From the NCBI GenBank assembly GCA_041690135.1, contig JAWLHY010000004.1, positions 192,001 through 256,000 on the forward strand: a DNA stretch of 64,000 nucleotides. The letters run 5' to 3'. Shown here one piece after another: positions 48,488-58,162 of the stretch (its first letter is position 1; every line of letters starts with the position of its first letter). A program made the translations under genes and the position numbers. Under the pieces are notes generated by a model that saw nothing but the letters and a program-made list of their open reading frames with translations, was not told where the DNA came from and searched no databases. Origin of the DNA: Armatimonadota bacterium. GTDB taxonomy: Bacteria > Armatimonadota > SYMT01.

Positions 48488-51115
48488 ATGCCGAGCCTGA
48501 GCGAACTCACCCGACAACTGGCGGAAGGCACCCGGGCGCAGAAGCGGCGGAGTTGGCGGTCCCTCATCCTGGAGGGAGGCTTGTGGCCCGCGTGTCAGGC
48601 GGCGCTCCTGGAAGCATCTCCCCTCGACTGTCTGGGGGCTGCCTACGAGCACCTGTCCGCCGAGTGGGACCGCTCCCCCCTCCGCGCGGGAGACGCGGAG
48701 GAGGTCTGTCGTGTTGAACAGCAGATCGCTGAAGCTCGCAAGGTCGTGGCAGCGGCCGCTCTCGCGGCCCTGGCACGCGGCGAAGCGCCGGGTGAGTGGT
48801 TGGAAAAGTGGGCGTACCGGGCGGTGGGCAACCTTCCGCCTTTCCGGGTGCTGACCGCGGGAGTGACTGCCGGTGGCCCGAGTGAGGCCCGCATCCGCGC
48901 CTGCTTCGCCGGGCTGCTGAACAGCTCCTCCATATCGCGGCCTATGGTAGCGGCGGCACAGGACGCCAGCCTGGCATTCCTCTGGGCCGCTCTCGGCGAG
49001 GAGAAGCGTCCCTGTCACCGTCGCCTGCGAGTGCCCCTGCTGCTGGCGCGCGGAACCGAAGGCTTTCTCGCCTGGCTCTGGTTGGAGCAGGTGCCCGGGG
49101 GCTCGGGACAGGTGTTCCAGGCGCCCAGCACGACCCTGGAGCCCATCCTGGCCGATCTGCGCCGGACGATCGAACAGGCCTGCCTGGCGGTACTGCCGGC
49201 CGGAGGGGATGCGGACCTACGCTGGTGGCTCACCGACCTGCCCCTGGACGCCCAGGGCCTGCCGATCCCGGTCGGCGGCGGTTCGGCGGCGGCGGCGGCG
49301 GCTGTCGGAGCGTTGCTCCTGCTACAGGATGCCCCGCCGGCCGCGAACTGCGCCGTAAGCGCCACCCTAACCGCGGACGGACGGCTGGGCCCGGTAGAGG
49401 GACTTCACGGCACGGGCCCCAAGCTCACCGCCGCGCGAGCCCTCGCGGCCGTTGACCGGCCCGCCCGGGTCATCGTCAGCCCGGAGAGCCAGTTGTCCGC
49501 GCCTGCCGCGGCCGGATGGGAAGCGCGCGGTGTTCAGGTCGTCGTCGCCCCTTTCCTGGAGGAGGCCGTGCGGCATTTCCTGTCCCCGAGAGAGACTAAA
49601 GAGCAAGATCGGCGCAGCGAGTCGACCATGCCGCTTTCCGCGTCACCGAGGATACCCGCTCCGCAGATCCGGGTGATTTACGCCCGGGACACGCCCGCCG
49701 ATCGGGAACTGCTGGAGAAGCTGCAGAACCAACTACGGGAGCACGGGTTTTCAGTGGGGGCCGACCGCCACCAGGACGTGGGGCTCGAATGGGCGCGCGA
49801 GACGGAGCGGGAGATCCGGGCGGCGGACGTGGTATTGGTACTGCTTTCTCGTGCGGCCGCCCGCAGTGAGATGCTCGCCTACGAGCTTCAGATTGCCCAC
49901 GAGGCCGCACAAGGCACGGGAAAGCCACGGCTGCTCGCCGTAGACACCCGGGTAGGCGCTGCGCCACGCTGCCTGCCCGGTCTCACCGCCACCCTGGCAA
50001 CTTACCCGTGGGAACCAGGCATGGATGCGGACGCCCTTCCGCCCGCACTGTTGGACGCAATCCGGAAGCCGCCGGGAGTCGCCTCGCGCCAGGAACGGGA
50101 ACAATTGGTCCCCCCTACCGGCGTGCTGCCGCTGGATTCCGCTTTTTATCTGGAGCGCGACGCGGACGCGGCCTTCCGCACCGCCATGGGGCGCCGGGAC
50201 AGCATCATCCGGATCAAGGGTGCACGCCAGATGGGCAAGACCTCGCTCCTGGCGCGCGGATTGCAGGCGGCCCGGGAGCAGGACGCCCGCGTGTTCCTCA
50301 CCGATTTTCAGCTCTTCAACCAGTCCCATCTGGAGTCGGTAGACCACTTCCTGTTAACGCTCGCCCGCTGGCTGGCCCGGCAGGCTGCGGTGGATCTCCA
50401 GCCGGATGAAGTGTGGGACTCCCTCCAGGGCGCCAGCGTCAACTTCCGTGACTTTCTCCTGGAGTTGCTGGAGCGCCTGCCCGGCCCCGTGGTTTGGGGG
50501 CTGGATGAAGTCGACCGCCTCTTCACCTGCCCCTTCCGCAGCGAAGTGTTCGGACTACTCCGGTCGCTGCACAACGACCGGGCCCTCAATCCCCGTCTTC
50601 CCTGGTCCAAACTGACGATGACCCTCTGCTACGCCACGGAGGCTCACCTCTTCCTCGCCGACCTGAACCAGTCCCCCTTTAATGTAGGCACCCGGATCCT
50701 GCTCAATGACTTCTCGCCCCTTGAGCTGGCGGATCTCAACCTGCGCTACGGCGCACCGCTGACCAGTAGTGGAGAGTTGGCCGCCTTCTACGAGCTCCTG
50801 GCAGGGCACCCTTACCTTAGCCACCGGGCTCTCCATGAAATGGTGACTCAAGAGCTGACACTAGCCGATCTGCAGCGCCAGGCCAACCGGGAGGAAGGGC
50901 TGTTTGGAGACCACCTGCGGCGGCTGGTGCTGCTGCTGGCCAGGGACCCCGCCCTTTACCATGCCGTACGGGAGGTGATCCAGGGACGCCCCTGCCCCAC
51001 GCCGGAGAGCTTCCATCGCCTCTGGACAGCAGGCGTACTGGTGGGGGATTCCGCGCAAGACGCCCGCCCTCGCTGCTATCTGTACGCCACCTATCTGGAG
51101 CGTCACCTGCAATGA
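48488..51115 (+). CDS. Lon (S16)-like protease domain + TIR domain + AAA_35 NTPase fusion
   Basis: VGGGSA...AVSATLTADGRLGPVEG...PKLTAA; TIR IYARD...EW...IRAADVVLVLLS...SEMLAYEL; FYLER...KGARQMGKTSLL, LDEVD, QSPFNVG, GHPYL. Confidence 0.8.
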   Translation: MPSLSELTRQLAEGTRAQKRRSWRSLILEGGLWPACQAALLEASPLDCLGAAYEHLSAEWDRSPLRAGDAEEVCRVEQQIAEARKVVAAAALAALARGEAPGEWLEKWAYRAVGNLPPFRVLTAGVTAGGPSEARIRACFAGLLNSSSISRPMVAAAQDASLAFLWAALGEEKRPCHRRLRVPLLLARGTEGFLAWLWLEQVPGGSGQVFQAPSTTLEPILADLRRTIEQACLAVLPAGGDADLRWWLTDLPLDAQGLPIPVGGGSAAAAAAVGALLLLQDAPPAANCAVSATLTADGRLGPVEGLHGTGPKLTAARALAAVDRPARVIVSPESQLSAPAAAGWEARGVQVVVAPFLEEAVRHFLSPRETKEQDRRSESTMPLSASPRIPAPQIRVIYARDTPADRELLEKLQNQLREHGFSVGADRHQDVGLEWARETEREIRAADVVLVLLSRAAARSEMLAYELQIAHEAAQGTGKPRLLAVDTRVGAAPRCLPGLTATLATYPWEPGMDADALPPALLDAIRKPPGVASRQEREQLVPPTGVLPLDSAFYLERDADAAFRTAMGRRDSIIRIKGARQMGKTSLLARGLQAAREQDARVFLTDFQLFNQSHLESVDHFLLTLARWLARQAAVDLQPDEVWDSLQGASVNFRDFLLELLERLPGPVVWGLDEVDRLFTCPFRSEVFGLLRSLHNDRALNPRLPWSKLTMTLCYATEAHLFLADLNQSPFNVGTRILLNDFSPLELADLNLRYGAPLTSSGELAAFYELLAGHPYLSHRALHEMVTQELTLADLQRQANREEGLFGDHLRRLVLLLARDPALYHAVREVIQGRPCPTPESFHRLWTAGVLVGDSAQDARPRCYLYATYLERHLQ

Positions 51116-54100
51116 TTCCGGACGTCTCCGATTTTTACGTCACCGGCGGCACGCTGAGTCAGGACACTCCTTCCTACGTGGCCCGCCGCGCCGACTCGGA
51201 GTTGTACAGAGGCCTCCGGCGTGGGGAGTTCTGTTACGTACTAACCGCGCGGCAGATGGGGAAGTCCTCGCTCATGGTGCGCACCGCCGAACGTCTGCGC
51301 GAGGACGGCTTCACGGTGGCAACCCTCGACCTCACCATGGTGGGCCAGAACCTGACGATCGAGCAATGGTACTACGGTCTGCTCAATCTCCTCGGGCGCC
51401 AGTTGGGCCTGCGGCCGCAACTGCGCGAATTCTGGTTACAGCACGCGCAATTGAGCCCTCTGCAGCGCTTCATGACCGCCCTGCGCGAAGTCGTCCTGGA
51501 GCAGTTGGTCGCGACAGAGCAGCACACGTCCACCGCTGTGGCCGGCCTGCAGGACCCGAGCCTCGCCAGTGCTGAGGAAAGCACTGGCGCGCCCTCCCCT
51601 CTTCCCGCTCCACCCTCTCACACTCACCACGCCTGCGCGCCTCGCCTCGTCCTGTTCATCGACGAGATCGATACCGTCCTCAGCCTTCCGTTCAGTACCG
51701 GGGAGTTCTTCGCCGCCATCCGGGAATGCTACAACCGGCGGTCCGAAGACCCCGCGCTGGAGGGCCTCACTTTCTGCCTCCTGGGGGTGGCTTCTCCTTC
51801 CGACCTGATACGCGATCCCCGCACCACCCCCTTCAACATCGGCCTTCGGATCGAACTCCAGGACTTCACCCTGACCGAGGCCGGTCCCCTGGCTGTTGGG
51901 CTCCAACTAGGCGCGGCGGGTGCTCCCCTCCGGTCGCCCAGGGTCGCGCTGCGGCTACTCCGCAGGATCCATTACTGGACAGACGGGCATCCCTATCTCA
52001 CCCAGCGGCTCTGCCGAGCAGTGGCGGAAGACCCGACCGCACGCGATCGCCGTGGCGTGGACCGGATCTGCCGCCGCCTCTTCCTGGAGCCGGGGGCGCA
52101 GCAACGCGACGACAACCTGCTCTTTGTCCAGGAACGGTTGACCTCCGGGGGCGGCGACACCGCCGGGTACCTGGAACTGTATTCCCGGATCCGGGCCGGC
52201 CGGCCGGTCCCCTGCGACGAGCGAGATCTCCGGGTGCCCACTCTCCGGCTCTCCGGCATCATCGGTGTGCGCCGGAACCTGCTGCGGGTGCGCAACCGGA
52301 TCTACTACACCCTGTTCGATCAACGCTGGGTGCAGTCCCATCTTCCGGATGCGGAGGTCCGGCGACAACTCGCCGCCTATCGCCGGGGTCTGCTGCGGTC
52401 CACTCTCCTTTCGAGCCTGGTCATCCTCGCATTGGCCGGCCTTTCCGTGGGTCTCTTTCACCAGCGCAACACCGCACGGAGGGCCTCCGCCACATACGCT
52501 CTGCAACGAGGAATACAACTGCTGCGGGATGGTGACGGGACTGGCCTGCTCGATCTCCTCGAAGCGTACCGAACCGCGGGAGGCGACCGCGATCTCCAGC
52601 AGTCCATTGGGAGAATCTGGGCGGGCTGGTACAACACCCACGCCGGACGCTTGATGGAAGTTCTGGATGCTGGGGAGGACATCGCCGCGCTGGCCGTTCG
52701 ACCCGACGCCAGGCAGCTTGCAGTAGGCGGCGCCCAAGGTGGACTGCGCCTGTACAACACCTCGAACTGGACGTCCGCCAGTCCCGCCCTGCGACATCCG
52801 GAACCTCTGACACAACTAGTGTACGCTGCCCGGCGGCCCTTCCTGGCGGGCCGCGGAGACCACATGGTTCAGGTGTGGGACCACTCCGGAAGCCGGTTAC
52901 TGCACCGGTTTCGCTCACCGGACCGCATCCGTGCTGTAAGCTTTGTCGGATCAGGCGAGCTTCTTGCGGTCCGCACTACACGCCAGGTTCACCTCTGGGA
53001 GACTACCGGCTGGCACGCAGTTCCTTCACCGAACACCGGCACGGATGGAGTGGTGGACGCAGCGTTCGGACCGGGACGGGATAGACCCGTAGCGCTAGCA
53101 ACCACGCACGGAGTAATCCTCCATTGGCTCAGAAGCGGACGGCAGCATCTCCTGCGACTGCCGGAGGGTGGTGTCAATCACCTTCAGTTCAATTCTACCG
53201 GCAAACTGCTTGCCCTTTCCTGGGGCGATCGCCTACGCCTCTGGGACGTGGAGAGGAGATCTTTTCGGCCGGAAATCTTCAATTCTCCCGAGCCCATTAA
53301 GGCGGTGCAGTTCGGCCCACGAGACTGTCTCATCGCCCAGTCGGAAGAAATGGTGCGCCTCTGGTCAACCAGCGAGTACCCGGGGATGGGCCTTCCGCTG
53401 CCGCACGGTGCGGAGATCCGCACCACGACCCTGCCAGAAAGGGGACCGTCGATTCTGACCCTGTCCGCAAGTCGCATCCGTCTGTGGGACCTGGCGACCG
53501 GTCGGGAGCGGGCGAGTGTTGCAAACCAGGGAGGATTCGGGGCCGTGGCGTGCGACCCACAGTTCCGCTGGATCGCCTCCGCACCCACCGGCAGTACCCT
53601 GCGGATCTGGAAGTTCCCAGCCAACCCCTCCCCCAACGAAGTAGTCGGACGCAACGTCGCGCCGGAACTCGCCTGGTATCAAATGGACGGAAGCGCGCTT
53701 CACACAGCGGACCGCAATACGATGTTCATCCGGACCGGCCATACCGGACGGAGAACAACCGAACGGCGGGATTTAAGGGGAACCGGTTATCGGCTGGCAG
53801 TCAGCCCCCAGCGGGAGTTCCTGGCAACCACTGGAACCGGCTCCCTTCACCTGTGGAACGGCCGAACGGGTGATCCGCTGGGGAGACCTCTACCCCACAC
53901 CGGTGTGCCGAGTTGTCTCGATTTCAGCCCAAGTGGGAAACAGATCGCTCTGGGATCCGACTCTCGGCACCTCTGGATCTCAGACACGGCAACCAACCAG
54001 CTAACCAGGCCACCCCTAGAGCTACCCTTTGCACCCCAATACACTGCATTCAGCACGGTTGGTTCTTGGGTCGCGGCGGCGGACACCAAACGGATTGAAG

Positions 54101-54801
54101 TCCACTCCCTTAACGGCCAGGCGGAACATTATCGGATTCAACCCGAGGGCGCGATCTTCTGGATTGGCTTCATTCCCGGCACTCAAGTGCTGATCGCGGC
54201 GGCCGGCAATACCCTGACGCAGTACGACTGCTCGTCCGGGAGTTCCCAACTCCGAGTGGTTCACCTGCCGGCTCGTCTTCGGAGTGTCGCGTGCGATTAC
54301 CCTCGCGGAAGGCTGGCGATTGCGACAAAGGATCACCAGGTCCGCATCCTCGGCCTCCACCAGATGCAACCCGTTGGCCCTGAACTCCGCCTGGAGGAGC
54401 CGGTGAGCACAATGGCCTTCAGCGCGGACGGCACGTCGCTTGCTACCTGTACAGCATTCAGAATGGTTCAGGTCTGGGATCTGCGCACAGGTCAGCCGAC
54501 CGGTCAGCGGCTGGCGCACCCGACACTGGTGCGAACTCTCGAGTTTCATCCGGAAGGCGAGGAACTGGCCGCGCTCACGGATAGCGGCCTTCACCTCTGG
54601 AAGCTTCCCAGGCCGGAGGTATCTCTACAAGAGATGCAGCGAATGTCCTGGGTGGCCCTCGACACCTGGAGTATTGGCCAGGCGGTCGAAGCCATTCCCG
54701 CCGGGGTATGGCGCCGAATGCGGGATGGGCTCCGCGCACGATTGGCGGGAAAGCCAGAAGTCGGTCGACCTAGGCCCGCCCCACGGATAGCCAATCTGTA
54801 G
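51112..54801 (+). CDS. AAA_35 NTPase + single TM + WD40 repeat protein
   Basis: YVTGGTL...SYVARRAD, ARQMGKSSL, FIDEID, TPFNIG, WTDGHPYLTQRLC, VRNRIY; hydrophobic LLSSLVILALAGLSVGLF; many LWD/VWD/FSP repeats; ATGA overlap. Confidence 0.88.
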   Translation: MIPDVSDFYVTGGTLSQDTPSYVARRADSELYRGLRRGEFCYVLTARQMGKSSLMVRTAERLREDGFTVATLDLTMVGQNLTIEQWYYGLLNLLGRQLGLRPQLREFWLQHAQLSPLQRFMTALREVVLEQLVATEQHTSTAVAGLQDPSLASAEESTGAPSPLPAPPSHTHHACAPRLVLFIDEIDTVLSLPFSTGEFFAAIRECYNRRSEDPALEGLTFCLLGVASPSDLIRDPRTTPFNIGLRIELQDFTLTEAGPLAVGLQLGAAGAPLRSPRVALRLLRRIHYWTDGHPYLTQRLCRAVAEDPTARDRRGVDRICRRLFLEPGAQQRDDNLLFVQERLTSGGGDTAGYLELYSRIRAGRPVPCDERDLRVPTLRLSGIIGVRRNLLRVRNRIYYTLFDQRWVQSHLPDAEVRRQLAAYRRGLLRSTLLSSLVILALAGLSVGLFHQRNTARRASATYALQRGIQLLRDGDGTGLLDLLEAYRTAGGDRDLQQSIGRIWAGWYNTHAGRLMEVLDAGEDIAALAVRPDARQLAVGGAQGGLRLYNTSNWTSASPALRHPEPLTQLVYAARRPFLAGRGDHMVQVWDHSGSRLLHRFRSPDRIRAVSFVGSGELLAVRTTRQVHLWETTGWHAVPSPNTGTDGVVDAAFGPGRDRPVALATTHGVILHWLRSGRQHLLRLPEGGVNHLQFNSTGKLLALSWGDRLRLWDVERRSFRPEIFNSPEPIKAVQFGPRDCLIAQSEEMVRLWSTSEYPGMGLPLPHGAEIRTTTLPERGPSILTLSASRIRLWDLATGRERASVANQGGFGAVACDPQFRWIASAPTGSTLRIWKFPANPSPNEVVGRNVAPELAWYQMDGSALHTADRNTMFIRTGHTGRRTTERRDLRGTGYRLAVSPQREFLATTGTGSLHLWNGRTGDPLGRPLPHTGVPSCLDFSPSGKQIALGSDSRHLWISDTATNQLTRPPLELPFAPQYTAFSTVGSWVAAADTKRIEVHSLNGQAEHYRIQPEGAIFWIGFIPGTQVLIAAAGNTLTQYDCSSGSSQLRVVHLPARLRSVACDYPRGRLAIATKDHQVRILGLHQMQPVGPELRLEEPVSTMAFSADGTSLATCTAFRMVQVWDLRTGQPTGQRLAHPTLVRTLEFHPEGEELAALTDSGLHLWKLPRPEVSLQEMQRMSWVALDTWSIGQAVEAIPAGVWRRMRDGLRARLAGKPEVGRPRPAPRIANL

Positions 54802-54839
54802 TTAGTACGATCTATGACCAGTAACGAAAGGAGTTAGAG

Positions 54840-55253
54840 ATGATCAACGCGATGTGCCTTTACGAGGTAGACCCCATCAAAGCTCAAGACCTGGCGGATT
54901 ACGAGTATGCAGCGAAGTTCAACCTCTCCGTGAGCATGGATGTATCACCCAACGAGCGCCTGGTACTTTACGTGGACATCGATCCAACACTCAAGGACAG
55001 CCCCATTGTCAAAGAGCTTCTCCAGACGACCCTGGAAGTAATGGCCACCCGCCCTGTGAAGACGGAAGCTGCCGGAGGCGAATACAAGCCGTGCTACCAC
55101 GGATTCCACCTTCACAACCCTGTTAGTGGCACTCAGGGAGCTTGCACTCTTGATTCACACCACACGAGTTGTGATAGCTTCGGACCGGATACGGAGCAGA
55201 GTTGTGTGGCGTCCAGCTCCAAGTTCAAGTGCACCCATATCGAGCAACCGTAG
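54840..55253 (+). CDS. Small hypothetical protein with Cys/His-rich C-terminus
   Basis: Strong GAAAGGAG RBS; 137 aa; five Cys and six His after AAGG. Confidence 0.65.
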   Translation: MINAMCLYEVDPIKAQDLADYEYAAKFNLSVSMDVSPNERLVLYVDIDPTLKDSPIVKELLQTTLEVMATRPVKTEAAGGEYKPCYHGFHLHNPVSGTQGACTLDSHHTSCDSFGPDTEQSCVASSSKFKCTHIEQP

Positions 55254-55395
55254 GCGCACGGTATTTTGACCGGACCAGTCGCGCAGGAGCACGGGAGATA
55301 GGCTGTCGGCTCGTGTTCCTGCGTGACACGGAGCCGGATAATTCCGCATCGGTTGAGGCAGGACCGATGCGGATTCAACCACTGGGGCGTTGTTA

Positions 55396-56211
55396 CTAAT
55401 CCGGTGCGAACCACGCCTCCGCCTCCGGGATTTCGCCGGTGAAAGCTTGGTAGGGATACCACTTGGCGTGTGCATCGAAATGGATCACATTCTGACCAAG
55501 ACTGTGTCGTGTATGCGCCTTTGGGTCTATCTCCGCCCCCCCGCCTCCGGCCCACGGCCAGTATTGATCGGCGTTGGCGGCCTGCATCGGGTTTATTGTT
55601 GAATGATTTGCAAATGCAACCCGCGTCACCTCGGCGTAAAACCAGACCGCGTCGGCAAGCATGACTTTCTCACTTGGCTTCGTAATCGCCGCCAGGGCGA
55701 AGCCGGGTACCGCACACCCACCTGTAACAGATCCGCGGCACTGACGGAATAGAAACATGTTCCACCCGTAGCCGTGAGCCCGCCCGCGGCTCGTGTCACC
55801 GGGAAAACAAAAGCTCTGCGGAAATCCATAGGAGCCAATCATGCAAGACTGTTGGCTTGCGTTCCAGAGTACTCGATCGCGCGGACCGCTGGGACACGCG
55901 TAGATCTCCACGCTCTTCACATATGGATGGATGCGGGTTTCCACGCGCGTGTCCGGATTGGCGGTACTGCACGGCTGGGATGGGGATCCACTGCGGCAAC
56001 TGGACGCATCGACTGGGTAGAGTTCGTCATGGTCGGTTGCATACTGTTCGACGGCCGCGGCGATCTGCTTTAAGTTACTCAAGCAAACGACCTTACGCGA
56101 CGCCTCGCGCGCGCTGGCAAACACAGGAAAGAGAAAAGCAGCAAGCACGGCGATGATGGCAATCACGACCAGCAGCTCGATCAGGGTGAAACCGCGATTC
56201 CGCCCAGGCAT
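55396..56211 (-). CDS. Prepilin-type N-terminal methylation / DUF1559-like protein with H-X9-DG-like C-terminal motif
   Basis: [31 protein letters not shown]...CLSNLKQI; [16 protein letters not shown]. Confidence 0.9.
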   Translation of the reverse strand: MPGRNRGFTLIELLVVIAIIAVLAAFLFPVFASAREASRKVVCLSNLKQIAAAVEQYATDHDELYPVDASSCRSGSPSQPCSTANPDTRVETRIHPYVKSVEIYACPSGPRDRVLWNASQQSCMIGSYGFPQSFCFPGDTSRGRAHGYGWNMFLFRQCRGSVTGGCAVPGFALAAITKPSEKVMLADAVWFYAEVTRVAFANHSTINPMQAANADQYWPWAGGGGAEIDPKAHTRHSLGQNVIHFDAHAKWYPYQAFTGEIPEAEAWFAPD

Positions 56212-56435
56212 CTCTATCTCCTTCCAAGTGCTCGTCATCCGCGAAGCTCCGGGGGTGGTGTCGCTCTGACGCCAAACAGTCCGAACGCCCGGCGGGCTCT
56301 GGCTCCAGCGTACACAATCCAGTTTCACTGCAGGCAAAGAAACACCTGCCTGCCCGGTGGGCAATTCCTGTATCGAACCAACTTCCTGCCTTTTTAAACG
56401 CTACTGGACCACTCATTCAAAAGGAACACTCACCG

Positions 56436-57968
56436 ATGAAACAGCGACATGGCGAGGGAGACCGACTCTTCCCGGGAAGCGCCCGGCTTGAAGCTCGGGG
56501 GATTGAGATCACGGAGGCAACAGCTCTCTTGAGCACTTTCACCGGCCCTGGGCAGTTCGGGTTGTTGTTTCCCGACCTGAATCCCTTCCGGCCTACCGAC
56601 GCCCAACTCATGGCGCTCGGTAAGGCGATGGAAGACGCAAACTTCCGCGACAAACCGGAGCCCAAAGCCGGTGACCATCCTTCGCTCCCCGCCGGCTACA
56701 CGTATCTCGGTCAGTTCGTGGATCACGACATTACGTTCGATAAAATGCGGTCCATACCGCCACAGGCCGTAGATCCGGCCACCCTCAAGCAGGCACGGAC
56801 TCCGGCGCTCGATCTCGACTCGCTCTATGGCTTGGGACCGGAAACAGATCAAGGCCTGTATCAATTGGATTTCGGCCCGGACCACGCTCGTTTCAAGATC
56901 GGTGCTACCCGCGGCGAGGAGACCGCGGGGGATCAACTCCTCAAACAGTCCCTGCCGCACGATCTCTTCCGCAATGCTGAAGGGGCAGCCGTGATCGCGG
57001 ACGAGCGCAATGACGAGAACGTCGTGATTGCACAGTTGCACCTCGCCTTTCAGCGCTTCCACAACAAGGTTCTCGACGGGTTGGCGGCGGGTACGGTGGC
57101 GTCGGCCGGAGGCGACACCCCTTTCGAGCAGGCGCGCCGGCTGGTCCGGTGGCATTACCAGTGGATTGTTTGGGAGGATTTCCTACCCCGGATCGTTGAC
57201 CCCGCAGTGCTTCAGAGAGTCCGCAAGGAGGGTCGGAAGCATTACCAGTGGGACGTGGCGAGCGGCCCCTATATGCCTCTAGAGTTCTCGGTGGCGGCCT
57301 ACCGGATGGGGCACAGTCTGATCCGCCAGTCATACGAATTCAATCGCGTTTTTAGTACCGGGTCGGGAGAGGGAAGAGCCAGGCTCCATCAACTGCTACT
57401 CAACACCGGACCCGGCGTCGAAGTTCCCTTGGAAACGAAGTGGATCATCGACTGGCAACACTTCTTCTCGCTCGACCCAGCGGTGAGCCCCAATCCCTCC
57501 CGCCGCCTGGACACCGTCCTTGCGAACCCGCTGGGGGAACTAATGCGGTTTGTGAACACCTCCGACCTGCCGGCATCGCTGGCCCAGCGCAACCTGCTGC
57601 GGGGCAGCCGGTTAGGGTTGCCCTCCGGACAGGACGTGGCAAAACACCTTGGCATCCCACCCCTCACGAAGGATGAGTTGTCTACCGGCAAGACCGGGGA
57701 CGCAGCCGCGACGGCGGAACTGGTCGAGCAGACGCCGTTGTGGTTCTACATCCTCAAAGAGGCCGAGATGCGGGAAAGCGGCGAGCGCCTGGGGCCGGTG
57801 GGGAGCCTTATCCTGGCGGAGGTGTTCGTCGGGCTGCTGGAGGGGGACCCGGAGTCCTTCTTCCGCGCGGATTCCCCCTGGGTGCCCACGCTCGGTCCGG
57901 TGCCGGGGCAGTTCACCATGGCTGATCTTCTCCGTTTTGTAGGATACGTCAACCCGCTGGGCAAGTAG
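56436..57968 (+). CDS. Heme peroxidase, peroxidase-cyclooxygenase (animal-type) superfamily, copy 1
   Basis: GYTYLGQFVDHDIT, DLDSLYG, DERNDEN, FHN, RWHYQWI, AAYRMGHS, TPLWFYILKEA. Confidence 0.9.
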   Translation: MKQRHGEGDRLFPGSARLEARGIEITEATALLSTFTGPGQFGLLFPDLNPFRPTDAQLMALGKAMEDANFRDKPEPKAGDHPSLPAGYTYLGQFVDHDITFDKMRSIPPQAVDPATLKQARTPALDLDSLYGLGPETDQGLYQLDFGPDHARFKIGATRGEETAGDQLLKQSLPHDLFRNAEGAAVIADERNDENVVIAQLHLAFQRFHNKVLDGLAAGTVASAGGDTPFEQARRLVRWHYQWIVWEDFLPRIVDPAVLQRVRKEGRKHYQWDVASGPYMPLEFSVAAYRMGHSLIRQSYEFNRVFSTGSGEGRARLHQLLLNTGPGVEVPLETKWIIDWQHFFSLDPAVSPNPSRRLDTVLANPLGELMRFVNTSDLPASLAQRNLLRGSRLGLPSGQDVAKHLGIPPLTKDELSTGKTGDAAATAELVEQTPLWFYILKEAEMRESGERLGPVGSLILAEVFVGLLEGDPESFFRADSPWVPTLGPVPGQFTMADLLRFVGYVNPLGK

Positions 57969-58073
57969 TGACGGGCACTGCAAAGCGGGTCGTTTCCGCC
58001 ACCTCGCAGCGCGTGCGCCCGGCGGCTCTGGAACCCGGCAAATTCAGGGAAGGGGCCGACACAGCAGCAAGAC

Positions 58074-58101
58074 TGAAAAATGTTGGCCCGTTCGGCGTAC
58101 T
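58074..58101 (+). promoter_or_regulatory. Putative ECF promoter C (TGAAAA-N16-CGTACT)
   Basis: Exact match to site B in both boxes and spacing; 61 nt before ATG 58163. Confidence 0.72.
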
Positions 58102-58162
58102 GACAGCATGGGGACGGCTTTACCGTCCCCAACATCACCTACGGCGAACGGAGGCTACCCTC

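Noticed and set aside
48488-54801. Assignment to a known defence system (Thoeris, Avs, CBASS, CRISPR CalpL)
   Set aside because: No ThsA, cyclase, SAVED/CARF or cas genes; the NTPases are paired AAA_35 type with a TM-WD40 partner, which does not match those definitions.
54840-55253. Confident RiPP (lanthipeptide or double-glycine bacteriocin) precursor call
   Set aside because: No LanM/LanBC, radical SAM, YcaO or C39 peptidase-transporter gene is in the window; kept only as a hypothesis.
56280-56435. ECF promoter motif upstream of peroxidase 1 or the prepilin gene
   Set aside because: CGTACA, GCTACT and a minus-strand TGAAAC occur, but none has the partner box at 16-17 nt spacing.
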